DNA of 64,000 bases from Terriglobia bacterium (lineage in GTDB: Bacteria > Acidobacteriota > Terriglobia > 20CM-2-55-15): positions 416,001 through 480,000 of the forward strand of contig CAXWPJ010000012.1 of assembly GCA_963664115.2 (NCBI GenBank), given 5' to 3'. The notes below the pieces were generated by a model that saw only the letters and a list, made by a program, of their open reading frames with translations, was not told the DNA's origin and searched no databases. Below, in pieces: positions 39,476 to 49,614 of this stretch. The translations under genes were made by a program, and so were the position numbers. How positions within the stretch are numbered: position 1 is the stretch's first letter; every line of letters starts with the position of its first letter.

Positions 39476-40450
39476 ATGCGAGTCTGGGGTTACGGTGTGT
39501 TTGCGGTTTTTTTGTTAATCCTTGCCGGTTGCGCCGCTGCGCCAGTGGAAGAAGCACCGCTTGCGGCCCAACCCGCTGACGAAGCACCGGCAATGCCCGG
39601 GTTGGCCGCACGCGGGCTCACCGGAGATGAATTTCCCCGCGTCCGTGAACTGGCCGAAAATGTTTACGTTTATGAAACTCTTGGAAGGAACTACGGAACC
39701 AACAGCCTCATCGTCGTTACCTCCGACGGGGTACTTGTTGCGGACGGACTGGGCAACCCCTCGGCTGTAACGGGACTGGTTGAAGCGATCGAGGGACTGA
39801 CGGACCAGGCGGTCCGCTACGTTGTTGTGGCATCGGAACACGGCGATCACACGGGCGGCAATTCCGCGTTTCCGGACGGGACCACCTTCATCGCCCATCC
39901 GAACTCCCAGGCCGCCCTCGAGGCCCAGGCTGATTCTCCGGACCGGGATGGGGACGCCCCACCCATCATCGTGCCGACAGAAGCAGTCTCCGACAGCCGG
40001 ACCCTCAGGCTCGGAGACACCGAAATCCAGATCCTCCACCTTGGACGCGCTCACACCGGTTGCGACTTGATGGTTTATCTACCCGCAACCGGCGTACTGT
40101 TCATGAGTGAGTCGTTCTTCAGCGGACAGTTTCCCGCCCTCAGGACCGGATTTGCGGCGGAGTGGATAGCAGCGCTCGAACAGGCCGAAGCCATGGATGT
40201 GAGCTACTACGTTCCCGGTCACGGTTTTGTCGACGACGCCGAAACACTGGCCGACGATGTGCCTGAGTTCAGAATGGCGATTGAAGCGGTCCTGGCCGAA
40301 GCAACCCGGCTCTACGACCCTGAAGGAACGGCGGAGGCTGCCTTTGGGGAAGCGGACTTCGGCGACGCAGCCGAGCGTGGAACGTTCGGCCTGTTCGCTC
40401 CACTGGCCTTTGCCCGCGTATGGGAAGAGGTCGCCGGAAACATTGATTGA
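39476..40450 (+). CDS. MBL-fold lipoprotein (degenerate metal motif)
   Basis: Lipobox LAGC; SEHGDH, AHTGCD and VPGHG. Confidence 0.85.
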   Translation: MRVWGYGVFAVFLLILAGCAAAPVEEAPLAAQPADEAPAMPGLAARGLTGDEFPRVRELAENVYVYETLGRNYGTNSLIVVTSDGVLVADGLGNPSAVTGLVEAIEGLTDQAVRYVVVASEHGDHTGGNSAFPDGTTFIAHPNSQAALEAQADSPDRDGDAPPIIVPTEAVSDSRTLRLGDTEIQILHLGRAHTGCDLMVYLPATGVLFMSESFFSGQFPALRTGFAAEWIAALEQAEAMDVSYYVPGHGFVDDAETLADDVPEFRMAIEAVLAEATRLYDPEGTAEAAFGEADFGDAAERGTFGLFAPLAFARVWEEVAGNID

Positions 40451-40474
40451 TCCTAAACTTCAGTGGCGCGCAAT

Positions 40475-41221
40475 CTAACGCGGCAAGATTTCAGGAGGCA
40501 GGTTGGTCTCCGGCAAAGCGTTTCCCCGGTGGCAGGTCCAGCAGGACAGCACACCGACCCTCCCCAGGTACTCGCTTTCCAAGCCCTCTTGAATTTCGAA
40601 CATCCGGCGCGAAAGCAACTTCATCAACTTGGCATCGTCGGCCCAGTCACCCTGAACATGACAATAGTCACAGCCCACGCCCAGGTCGCGGCTATAAGCT
40701 TCCATGATCTGGCGAAGCCCATTGGCCGGGACATCCCTGTAGTTTCGAATGTCGCCATAGACTTCCCCCGATAAACGACTCTCGCTTGAAAACTGCGCCC
40801 CGCCTACCGCCGGGATGACTGGAAGGGGCCCAATCGCGGGTTCAGTTTCTGGTGTCGGCGAACCCCGATGGCAAGTCCAGCAGCTCGGCGCTTCCAGTAC
40901 CTCGAAATAGCTCTCGCTTGCGCCCACGACCATACGGATCATTTCCCGGGCAACTCCCTTCAGGGGATTGGCGTCCGAAGCCCGGTCAACCGGGTCGTGA
41001 CAGTATTCGCACCCGACGCCGAGAGAGACACTCATGGCCTCCATGATCTGTTGCAATTGCTCGGGTGGGGCATCCATGAGGATCTGAACGTTCTGATACC
41101 CCGACTCCCCAAGGATCGGTCCCTGCTGCCCGAAGCTTGCTCGAGGACCCTCGGCGACAACCAGGACCACGGAAAAAGCAATGACAACAGCTGTGGGCCA
41201 GAAGAGCTTTCTTAATTGCAT
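40475..41221 (-). CDS. Tetraheme c-type cytochrome, reaction-centre cytochrome (PufC-like) family
   Basis: CEYCH, CWTCH, CDYCH and CWTCH in two repeated diheme units with Met-rich helices. Confidence 0.85.
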   Translation of the reverse strand: MQLRKLFWPTAVVIAFSVVLVVAEGPRASFGQQGPILGESGYQNVQILMDAPPEQLQQIMEAMSVSLGVGCEYCHDPVDRASDANPLKGVAREMIRMVVGASESYFEVLEAPSCWTCHRGSPTPETEPAIGPLPVIPAVGGAQFSSESRLSGEVYGDIRNYRDVPANGLRQIMEAYSRDLGVGCDYCHVQGDWADDAKLMKLLSRRMFEIQEGLESEYLGRVGVLSCWTCHRGNALPETNLPPEILPR

Positions 41222-41260
41222 ACAACCCGTTGGAATCGACCCGGCACTGAAAACACCGTG

Positions 41261-42103
41261 TTACTGCTCCATCGCATGTAGCTTCCACAGGGACCACGGG
41301 CGCTCGTAGCCCAGACCTTCGCCCGCTTCATCCAGAAAGGCCTCGGTTTCCTCCATATTGATATACGTGATATCGCCTCCCAGGCTCATGGCCTGCGTTT
41401 GCAATCGCGCATTGATTTCCAGATAAATGCTCCGACCTACGGCAAACTTCACGTTGACACCCACAACGGAGACTCCGTGTCCTCGCATGAGGACTGCAGG
41501 CCGGTCAGCCAGAGTCTCGGCCAGGGCGCGACCGCGCATCTGATCGCTCACCAACATATGCGTCCCACCGAAAATGTCGCGAATGTCGAACACCGGAATG
41601 CCTTCACCGATAAATGAACTCATGTGATAGATCGGACGAAGCGGCACCGAGCTCACACTGAAAGGAACGACAGCGGGCGAGTGATTGTGTGAAATCGCCT
41701 GCACTTCAGGCCGGGCCTTGTAAATCTCGGAATGAATAAAGCGCTCCAGATACTGCCCGGATTCGCCCAGGTTGATAGGATTCGCTTCGAGATCGTATTC
41801 AACGATGTCATCGGCTGTCACAAGCTCGGGCGCAACCCCCCCCGCGAGCAAAAACCGTTCGGGGTTTGCGTTATGCCGGACGCTGACATGACCGAAGCCA
41901 TCAACGATCCCTTCCTGCGAGAGAATTCGATTGGCCAGGACCAAATCCTCAAGAAGTACGGGATCGGGTGGTCCTGCCGAAACCGGCTCCTGTGCGGCCT
42001 CTGTCCGGAATAAGGCACCCAGAGCAGTCAGTGCCAGAATTAAAATCAATCCACTTAGAACCCATCGTGTTGTCGTCTCGTTGCCCGTCGAGTTGTCTTT
42101 CAT
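41261..42103 (-). CDS. Class II aldolase/adducin-family protein with export signal
   Basis: GFGHVSVR, ERFIHSEIY and LMRGHG; paralog of 10115-10927. Confidence 0.9.
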   Translation of the reverse strand: MKDNSTGNETTTRWVLSGLILILALTALGALFRTEAAQEPVSAGPPDPVLLEDLVLANRILSQEGIVDGFGHVSVRHNANPERFLLAGGVAPELVTADDIVEYDLEANPINLGESGQYLERFIHSEIYKARPEVQAISHNHSPAVVPFSVSSVPLRPIYHMSSFIGEGIPVFDIRDIFGGTHMLVSDQMRGRALAETLADRPAVLMRGHGVSVVGVNVKFAVGRSIYLEINARLQTQAMSLGGDITYINMEETEAFLDEAGEGLGYERPWSLWKLHAMEQ

Positions 42104-42636
42104 TGTTTCTCATCTCCAATCTGTACCCATGCATCGAACAGATGCCGCAACTGCGCAGTGCCGGGTTCACCAGAAACAGCTCAGCTCAGGGGGAAACTAT
42201 ACTGCAAGACGAACCCCGATTCCGCCGCTTTTCCGGCCGGAACCGCACGCGGACAAATAAGAGATAGACGCCTCCGTCGGATGTCGCCCACCTCGGTGAT
42301 CACAGGTAGCGACTTCGGGACAGCGCACTCCCAAATATCATGATCCCGAACAGAGATGAAATAATTCCAAACACGAATTAAGAATCGACACGCGCCCCAC
42401 TATCGCCGTCGCTGGTATGTTTCTGCCATGACCCGCATGACGGGTCCTCGGGCATCGAGATACTTTCTGCGTGTTTGAGCAGGATACTCATCAAGCTTGA
42501 CACTTCAACTTGACCGCAAACGACAGTTACAGAGCCTTCCCTTTCTTCATTAACAGTCGGAGAGTTTTAACTTATGCATTCCCTAAGAATGCACTATGAT
42601 TCATTCGAGACCGGGTGGATTTGGAGGGAATGCATC

Positions 42637-42876
42637 GTGAAGCGCTTTGGGCCGGGCATCGCAACTCTGGCAGGCATCGCCTTTCTGGTAGTCAGTTGGG
42701 AACAGCCTGCCTACGCCTATCTTGATCCGGGAGCCGGCAGTCTCCTTCTCCAGGTTTTGATGGGAGGCCTGGCCGGGGCTGCCGTTGTCGTCAAAGTTTA
42801 TTGGAACAGCCTGATGGCGAGATTTGGACGCGGCGACGACACCAGGAGAGCCGATCCGGGTGAATCTGACACCTAG
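42637..42876 (+). CDS. Small membrane protein with a YLDPG motif
   Basis: AYA|YLDPGAGSLLLQ followed by a TM segment; GTG start. Confidence 0.7.
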   Translation: MKRFGPGIATLAGIAFLVVSWEQPAYAYLDPGAGSLLLQVLMGGLAGAAVVVKVYWNSLMARFGRGDDTRRADPGESDT

Positions 42877-44281
42877 ATTGGAATCCGCGCGAATAGAAGG
42901 CTCCTTCCGAGATCCCGCGGGACAGATCTTCCAAAAAGACGGCCATATTTACCGAACCATCAACGCCATTGCCGTCGATGACTTTGTCTTCGTTCAGAAC
43001 ACCAACTTCTACCCGAAAGCCGTCAGCGAAAAGCGTCTTATCTCTGCTGAACAAGTTCCGCCCGAAATCCTGAGCAGCCGGAAAGCAGAGGCCTCCTATG
43101 TGATCGAACACCCACGCCTGCCTTTCGTGTCCTATCCCTATGAGTGGACGTTCCAAATGCTCAAAACTGCCGCGCTGTTCCACCTCAACTTCCATCTTGA
43201 CGCTCTGAGAGACGGCATAACGCTGATTGATGCCTCGGCATATAACGTGCAGTTCATAGGTGCATCGCCGATCTTCATCGACACGCTGTCCTTGCGGAGA
43301 TATAAACCCGGATCGCTGTGGGCTGGTTACAAACAATTCTGCGACCAGTTTCTCAATCCCCTTCTCCTGAGATCCTACGTTGGACTGCACCATAACGCCT
43401 GGTATCGGGGAAACCAGGAAGGCATAAACGCCAGCGAGATCCGGAAATTACTGCCCGCCCGTCGTAAGCTATCTCGGAGGGTTTTCACACACGTCACGCT
43501 CCAGGATTCGCTTCAGAAGACCGCGCGTAAAGGTTCCGGCCCGAATCTTGGAGCGTTGCAGGAAATAGGACTCCCACTGGCAACGTTCAGAAAAACGCTC
43601 ACTGACCTGCGGGATTGGATTATGGGACTCGAAGCGAAAAAGACCGAACGCAGCGTATGGAGCGACTACGCAAAATCGAACAGCTATGCGCTACAAGAAG
43701 AAATCTTCAAGCACGACTTCGTAGACGACTTCGTCCGCCGCAGAAAACTCTCACAGGTCTGGGACCTTGGCTGCAATAGTGGCGAATACGCAGCAGTTGC
43801 GCTCAAAGCCGGAGCAGACTATGTCGTCGGGTTCGATGCGGACCACGGCGCGTTGGATTTGGCTTTTCGCCGCGCGCAAGAGGAAGGTTTACGTTTTCTT
43901 CCTCTTTATCTGGACATCGCAAATCCTCCGCCCTCTCAGGGATGGGCGCAACAGGAACGGTATGGACTTAGGGAACGCGCCAGTGCGGACGGCTTGATTG
44001 CCCTGGCACTGATCCATCACATATCGATCGGAGGGAACGTACCTCTTGGCGATGCGGTTGCCTGGTTGGTCGGCCTGGGACCCAGAGGCGTAATCGAATT
44101 CGTGCCCAAAGAGGATCCCATGGTCCAGGAGTTACTTCGGTTCCGGGAGGATATATTTCCGAATTACACACTCGAAAACTTTCTTGGAGAGCTTCGAAAA
44201 CATGCGTCCGTCGATCGGACGGAACCGAGTTCATCGACCGGGCGTTTACTGGTGGAGTTTTCGCGCAAACCACAAGCCTGA
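42860..44281 (+). CDS. Class I SAM-dependent methyltransferase, NoeA-like
   Basis: SFRDPAG, SYPYEW, DASAYNVQF, WDLGCNSG, LALIHH and IEFVPKED motifs. Confidence 0.85.
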   Translation: MNLTPRLESARIEGSFRDPAGQIFQKDGHIYRTINAIAVDDFVFVQNTNFYPKAVSEKRLISAEQVPPEILSSRKAEASYVIEHPRLPFVSYPYEWTFQMLKTAALFHLNFHLDALRDGITLIDASAYNVQFIGASPIFIDTLSLRRYKPGSLWAGYKQFCDQFLNPLLLRSYVGLHHNAWYRGNQEGINASEIRKLLPARRKLSRRVFTHVTLQDSLQKTARKGSGPNLGALQEIGLPLATFRKTLTDLRDWIMGLEAKKTERSVWSDYAKSNSYALQEEIFKHDFVDDFVRRRKLSQVWDLGCNSGEYAAVALKAGADYVVGFDADHGALDLAFRRAQEEGLRFLPLYLDIANPPPSQGWAQQERYGLRERASADGLIALALIHHISIGGNVPLGDAVAWLVGLGPRGVIEFVPKEDPMVQELLRFREDIFPNYTLENFLGELRKHASVDRTEPSSSTGRLLVEFSRKPQA

Positions 44282-44420
44282 ACGATAAGCGAGATGGACC
44301 CGCTCTGTAATTCGCCCAGTGCTCCCCCAACGGCTTTTCAAGAGACCTAGAGTCTACATAACATGACTCACGGCTTTTCAAATCATAACGTTTATCACTG
44401 GCAGCCTGCACGTTCTTGTT

Positions 44421-46931
44421 TTGTTTAGTATCGCCCTAGCCCAACCTTTGTTCAGCTTGCTTTCCCGCTATGCTGAGTTCTTTGTGGCAAGACAGACCGA
44501 GCCGGTGGATTTGATCCTTCTGACTCTGATCGTCTGCCTGGGCCTTCCATTACTCCTGATCCTTCTTGAAGGACTCGCGGGTGCCATGGGGACTGGATTC
44601 TACAAGTATGCACACATGGGCTTGGTTACCGTCCTGGTGGCTACTATCATCCTTCAATTACTCAAGAAAATTCCGGGAGTACCCGGAATCGCGTTAGTGA
44701 TCGCGGCAGTCCTGTCAGCCATTATGTATTCGCTGGCTTATGTTCGTTTTGATCTCGTTCGGACATACTTGACGTTTCTCTCTCCGGTCATCCTCTTGTT
44801 TCCCGGCTTATTTCTTTTCAATTCCGAAATCTCAAAAATCGTTTTTCCCGAACAGGTCCAGCTTCAGCTGGGCAACGTCGAGGCTGAGACTCCGGTGGTG
44901 ATGGTGGTTTTGGATGAATTGCCGCTGACTTCCTTGATGGATGAACAACGTCAGATCGATCCAATTCGATTCCCAAATTTTTCCCGTTTGGCCAGCGAAT
45001 CTCATTGGTTCCGGAACGCGACAACGGTCAGTGATTCCACGCTCTTGTCGGTGCCGGCGATTGTGAGCGGTCTGTCACCAAAATTGCAGGAACCGCGAAT
45101 ACCGACGACAGCGGATTATCCTGACACCCTCTTCACCCTCTTGGGTGGATCCTATCGTCTCGAGATATTCGAGAACGTCACTCAACTTTCTCCCGCTTCA
45201 AGCGCTACAGTCGAACAGGCGGTCGCACAACGGATGCGCAGTCTGCTGACCGACCTGACCATCGTGTATGGCCACATGCTGCTTCCAATTGATCTGGCTT
45301 CAGGCTTACCTCCGGTCAACCAATCTTGGAATAACTTCAGATTGACTACACCGGAATCCGCAGAAATTCAGGGTGGTACTAGTGATTTTCAGACGCTTGT
45401 TGACTTTCTAACCGACGAAGACGACCGTGCCGGTAAGTTCCGAGAATTTATCGACTCGATTCAGGTCAGTGCGCAACCCACGCTATTTTTCTTGCACTCC
45501 ATGCTGCCCCACTCGCCCTGGCAGTATCTACCGAGCGGAAGACAATATTCACTGACACCGTCATCCATTCCGGGTATGACGACATCTTTCGTCGATAGCG
45601 AAGGAAACTTGCCCACGTGGGGAAACGACGCGTCACTGGTGAACCAGGGCTACCAGCGCCATCTTCTTCAGGTTGCTTTTCTGGACACGCTGGTGGGAGA
45701 CCTTATTGACAAATTGGAAGAAGTCGGCCTGTACGACCGATCCCTCATCGTCGTCACTGCCGATCATGGTACGAGCTTCCGAACAAACGATTTGTGGAGG
45801 CGGGCAAGTGAGACCAACCATCCCGACATAATGTGGATTCCTCTGTTCCTCAAGGCGCCGTACCAAGAAGAGGGCGTCGTGAACGATCGCAATGTCGAAA
45901 CCATCGATATCCTCCCAACGGTAGCCGATGCTCTGGGAATCGAAGTGCCATGGGAAACGGACGGCCGTTCGGCATTCGATCAAACCGTACCAGAACGGTC
46001 AGCGAAAACGATTCTTGCTGGCAGGACACAGGAAATTGTGGCCAATCCAAACTTGAATTCACACGATGAAAGCCTCAAAAGAAAGCTTGAGCTCTTCGGT
46101 TCGGGAGCCTGGGACTCCTTCTTCGCCAGTGGCCCGTATGGTCATCTGTTAGGAGAACGGGTAAACCAGATCGGGGTTGGCGAGACGGACATCGGCGTGG
46201 AACTTGACGGGGAGGCATTTTTCGCGAACGTCAATTTTGATTCTACATTTTTACTCACTCATATTACCGGACACATTCTGGCTGGCCCCAGGAGATATCC
46301 CTCGGGCCATCTGGCCATTGCCGTAAACGACACGGTGCAGTCGGTGACTGAGCTCGCCGGTTCCGGAGACTTCTCGGCCTTGGTTGCAGAAAGCGCGTTC
46401 ATGCCGGGACAAAACGACGTGGAAGCTTTTTTAGTGGTAGATGCCGGCGGAGGAACGCGTCTTGAACATCTCTCTAAAACCTCCCGCCCCTACTATTCCA
46501 TAGTCCCCTCAAGGGAGGAGCAGACAGAATCTCTACAGAGATCGGATGGTGAACGCGTCCCGATTGTTCCGGGGGACGCTCTTGGATATTCAAGGGCCAA
46601 AATTAACGAAGAAACTGGAACGGTCTCCATCACGGGCTGGGCAGCGAGCGTTGAACAACCCCAATTGGGCGTGACGATTCTGATCTTTCGAAACCAAGAT
46701 CTTGTGCACACCGGAACTCCTCGCATCTCTCGGCGCGACGTCACAGCAGTCTATCCGGAATGGGACGCGCTGACACCCGGGTTTAGTTTCGAGTTGCCGC
46801 TCGACAGTTTTGGAAATCTGGACCAGACCGAGGTTCGCGTGTTCGCGCTGACGTCACAGGGTCCTGTTTCGGAATTGGGCTATATCAGAGACACTTGGGA
46901 CTTCGCTATCCGTTCACCAACGACCGACTGA
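44421..46931 (+). CDS. Membrane-anchored sulfatase-like hydrolase/transferase
   Basis: N-terminal TM segments; LDE, T nucleophile (DSTLLS), PHSPW and TADHG. True start probably further upstream. Confidence 0.8.
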   Translation: MFSIALAQPLFSLLSRYAEFFVARQTEPVDLILLTLIVCLGLPLLLILLEGLAGAMGTGFYKYAHMGLVTVLVATIILQLLKKIPGVPGIALVIAAVLSAIMYSLAYVRFDLVRTYLTFLSPVILLFPGLFLFNSEISKIVFPEQVQLQLGNVEAETPVVMVVLDELPLTSLMDEQRQIDPIRFPNFSRLASESHWFRNATTVSDSTLLSVPAIVSGLSPKLQEPRIPTTADYPDTLFTLLGGSYRLEIFENVTQLSPASSATVEQAVAQRMRSLLTDLTIVYGHMLLPIDLASGLPPVNQSWNNFRLTTPESAEIQGGTSDFQTLVDFLTDEDDRAGKFREFIDSIQVSAQPTLFFLHSMLPHSPWQYLPSGRQYSLTPSSIPGMTTSFVDSEGNLPTWGNDASLVNQGYQRHLLQVAFLDTLVGDLIDKLEEVGLYDRSLIVVTADHGTSFRTNDLWRRASETNHPDIMWIPLFLKAPYQEEGVVNDRNVETIDILPTVADALGIEVPWETDGRSAFDQTVPERSAKTILAGRTQEIVANPNLNSHDESLKRKLELFGSGAWDSFFASGPYGHLLGERVNQIGVGETDIGVELDGEAFFANVNFDSTFLLTHITGHILAGPRRYPSGHLAIAVNDTVQSVTELAGSGDFSALVAESAFMPGQNDVEAFLVVDAGGGTRLEHLSKTSRPYYSIVPSREEQTESLQRSDGERVPIVPGDALGYSRAKINEETGTVSITGWAASVEQPQLGVTILIFRNQDLVHTGTPRISRRDVTAVYPEWDALTPGFSFELPLDSFGNLDQTEVRVFALTSQGPVSELGYIRDTWDFAIRSPTTD

Positions 46932-47030
46932 CCACGCGATTCCACGACCTATCTGCTCGCTCGAGACGTAATAGGTGGGATCGGAGAGCGATCTCTGAAA
47001 TTTGGTCTCCGTCGCCCAAATAATCTTGAT

Positions 47031-47375
47031 TCAGCTGAACACGCGGCGATAGGTAGCTTCGTCGAATCCGACGATCAATGTCCTTCCCTTTCGAAGCGCA
47101 GGGGCTCGAAGCTTCCCGTTGCGGCACACGGCCTTCAGGAGTTCTTCTGACCCGGGCTTCTGTTTTTTGAGATCGAAAAAGACAACCTTCTTACCGACAC
47201 AGGCATAGATTTTGTCGACCTGGTTCATCAGGTCCAGGACTTCCACTTCGGGAACTGCCACTTTGCGGGCGTTCACTTCTACTTTGATTGCAACATCGTT
47301 CTGCGCAAGAAACTCCTGCGTCCGCCCGCAGGTCTTTCAAGCGGGCCGATGGTAACTCCAGTCCACTCGTGCCAT
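47031..47375 (-). CDS. ArsC/Spx-like thioredoxin-fold selenoprotein (UxxC)
   Basis: ATG 47375 with AGGAG RBS. MARVDWSYHRPA-TGA-KTCGRTQEFL... continues in frame into ORF 47031-47276 (GKLRAP). TGA at 47339-47337. Confidence 0.8.
47303..47336 (-). promoter_or_regulatory. Candidate bacterial SECIS element
   Basis: After the UGA, two alternative hairpins: CCUGCG-GGCGGA-CGCAGG or CGCAGG-AGUUU-CUUGCG. Confidence 0.55.
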
Positions 47376-47386
47376 CGTTGCTACTC

Positions 47387-48709
47387 CTATATGTTTGGGG
47401 CGAAACCGTCGCGCGGCAGTTCGATCATGCCGCAGGCAAGCGTGTCGTGATTGGACGGATCGATCAGGATGAACGCGCCGGTTTCCCGGTTGCTTCGATA
47501 TGCGTCGCAGACCAGGTCTTGGTAGGTTTTTATCTGGACACGACCAATGGCGTTTTTTTCGAAGGGGCGCTCGCCCGAGTCGGTCGTCAGAGTATTGACG
47601 TCAATCAGGTGATCAATATTGGAAACCACGGCCTTGGTCGTCCGGCAGTTGTGCTTGAGCAAATACTTCGCCCCTTTCTTCAAGGGAGTGTCTGACATCC
47701 AGCACACGGTCGCGGCAAACTCAGAAGTGATTTTGGGATCGTCACCATGCCCTACAATCAAATCCCCACGTGATATATCGATATCGTCTTCCAGAGTCAC
47801 CGTTGCAGATCGAGGCGCCTCCACACTGTCGAACTCGCCATCGAAGCTGACAATACTCTGGACTTTGCTCGTCAACCCTGAAGGCAGAACCTGGATCGTG
47901 TCTCCAACCGCAATGCGCCCCGATACCAGACGCCCCATATACCCCCTGAAATCGGGCAGATCTTTCGTCTGCGGGCGGGATATCATCTGGACTGGAAAGC
48001 GGAGGCCTGACGTGGACACATCCGTTGCGGGTTCGACAGACTCGAGCAACTCGAGCAAGGTCTGGGACCTATACCAGGGCATCCGATCTCCACGGACCGC
48101 AACCATATCGCCATGGACCGCAGACATCGGGACATACCAGGTATTGTGTGCACGTGCATGACGCACACCCAGCCGTTCGAAGAAGTCAACAAACTGCTCT
48201 CGAACCTCCGAGTAAACGGACTCGGAATAGTCCACAAGATCCATTTTGTTGATGGCTATAACGAAATCGGTGATTCCAAGCAGGTGAGCGATACAAATAT
48301 GACGACGTGACTGGGTCACCATGCCGTTTCTCGCGTCCACAAGAATCAATGCCAACTCTGCAGTACTCGCACCGGTAACCATGTTGCGTGTGTACTGTTC
48401 GTGCCCCGGAGTGTCGGCAATAATGAACCGTCGTTTCGGCGTGGCAAAGTAACGATATGCTACATCGATGGTAATACCTTGCTCCCGCTCCGCCCGCAGC
48501 CCGTCGGTCAGCAGCGCCAGATCAATGCCCCGCCCACCCCGCTGTTCGTTATAGTCACGGGCCGCCGCAATCTGATCTTCGAACGCGCCCTTCGTGTCCA
48601 CCAGAAGACGGCCGATCAACGTCGACTTACCATCATCCACACTACCGGCCGTGGTCAGCCGCAGCAGTTTGGCTTGATCGATACCCACAGGAGTCACCGT
48701 AGTGTTCAA
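47387..48709 (-). CDS. cysN: Sulfate adenylyltransferase subunit 1
   Basis: [29 protein letters not shown] and [12 protein letters not shown]; no CysC fusion. Confidence 0.95.
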   Translation of the reverse strand: MNTTVTPVGIDQAKLLRLTTAGSVDDGKSTLIGRLLVDTKGAFEDQIAAARDYNEQRGGRGIDLALLTDGLRAEREQGITIDVAYRYFATPKRRFIIADTPGHEQYTRNMVTGASTAELALILVDARNGMVTQSRRHICIAHLLGITDFVIAINKMDLVDYSESVYSEVREQFVDFFERLGVRHARAHNTWYVPMSAVHGDMVAVRGDRMPWYRSQTLLELLESVEPATDVSTSGLRFPVQMISRPQTKDLPDFRGYMGRLVSGRIAVGDTIQVLPSGLTSKVQSIVSFDGEFDSVEAPRSATVTLEDDIDISRGDLIVGHGDDPKITSEFAATVCWMSDTPLKKGAKYLLKHNCRTTKAVVSNIDHLIDVNTLTTDSGERPFEKNAIGRVQIKTYQDLVCDAYRSNRETGAFILIDPSNHDTLACGMIELPRDGFAPNI

Positions 48710-49614
48710 AAATAGCCTTCCTTCTTTTTGTCTTCCATCGTGTTCGAGCCGTGGTCGATCACGCGGGTCTCGCGCTCGCTTCGGATAGCCGCGTCCGCTT
48801 CGATGGCGATCTCATCCAGCGTTGTGGCCTCGGAGGCCACGGCCCCCGTGCAGGGAGCACAACCGAGCGTCCGAAATCGGACACACATCGTCGTCGGCTC
48901 TTCACCGTCCTTAAGATTCCCAACGTCATCCGCTGGAATGAGGTTGACGCCTCGACGCACCACCGCCCGTTCCTTGGCGAAATACAGCGGCACGATAGGG
49001 ATGTCTTCTCTTTGGATGTAGTGCCAGATGTCGGATTCTGTCCAGTTCGAAAGGGGAAACACGCGCATGCTCTCTCCCTCGAAAACACGGGTATTGAACA
49101 GATGCCACAACTCCGGACGCTGATTTTTGGGATCCCATTGACCAAAGGAATCCCGAAACGAAAACACACGCTCCTTCGCCCGCGAACGTTCTTCATCACG
49201 CCGGGCACCGCCGATTGCTGCATCAAAGTCATGCTGTTCCAGGGCTTCCAGCAGCGCAGCCGTCTTTAGCTGTCCGCAGCATCGCGCCACACCCAGTTTC
49301 AGGGGGTGGGCCCCGGCTGCTATCGCCTCTTCGTTGCGGTGCACGATCAAACGGGCTCCAATCTCAACAGCAAAACGATCGCGAAACGCTATCATCTCCT
49401 TGAACTTGTAGCCCGTATCGATGTGGAGCAGGGGAAACGGTATCGGCGCGGGATAAAACGCTTTCCGGGCAAGGTGAACGAGAACGCTGGAATCCTTGCC
49501 GATCGAATACAGGATGACAGGCTTCCTGAATTCCGCAGCGACCTCACGGAGGATGAAGATGGCCTCGTCTTCAAGAACGTCAAGGTGGTTCAAATGCGCT
49601 TTCACATTCAACAT
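48706..49614 (-). CDS. cysD: Sulfate adenylyltransferase subunit 2
   Basis: [35 protein letters not shown] and KKKEGYF. Confidence 0.95.
   Translation of the reverse strand: MLNVKAHLNHLDVLEDEAIFILREVAAEFRKPVILYSIGKDSSVLVHLARKAFYPAPIPFPLLHIDTGYKFKEMIAFRDRFAVEIGARLIVHRNEEAIAAGAHPLKLGVARCCGQLKTAALLEALEQHDFDAAIGGARRDEERSRAKERVFSFRDSFGQWDPKNQRPELWHLFNTRVFEGESMRVFPLSNWTESDIWHYIQREDIPIVPLYFAKERAVVRRGVNLIPADDVGNLKDGEEPTTMCVRFRTLGCAPCTGAVASEATTLDEIAIEADAAIRSERETRVIDHGSNTMEDKKKEGYF

Noticed and set aside
38107-39579. 490-aa plus-strand ORF
   Set aside because: Antisense to the IS1380 transposase; typical high-GC shadow ORF.
1635-40450. MBL-fold genes as antibiotic-resistance beta-lactamases
   Set aside because: They lack the B1 Cys ligand and resemble cyclase/glyoxalase-like MBL-fold proteins; activity cannot be inferred from sequence.
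40475-41221. Evidence of phototrophy from the PufC-like cytochrome
   Set aside because: No reaction-centre or bacteriochlorophyll genes in the window, and the family also occurs in non-phototrophs.
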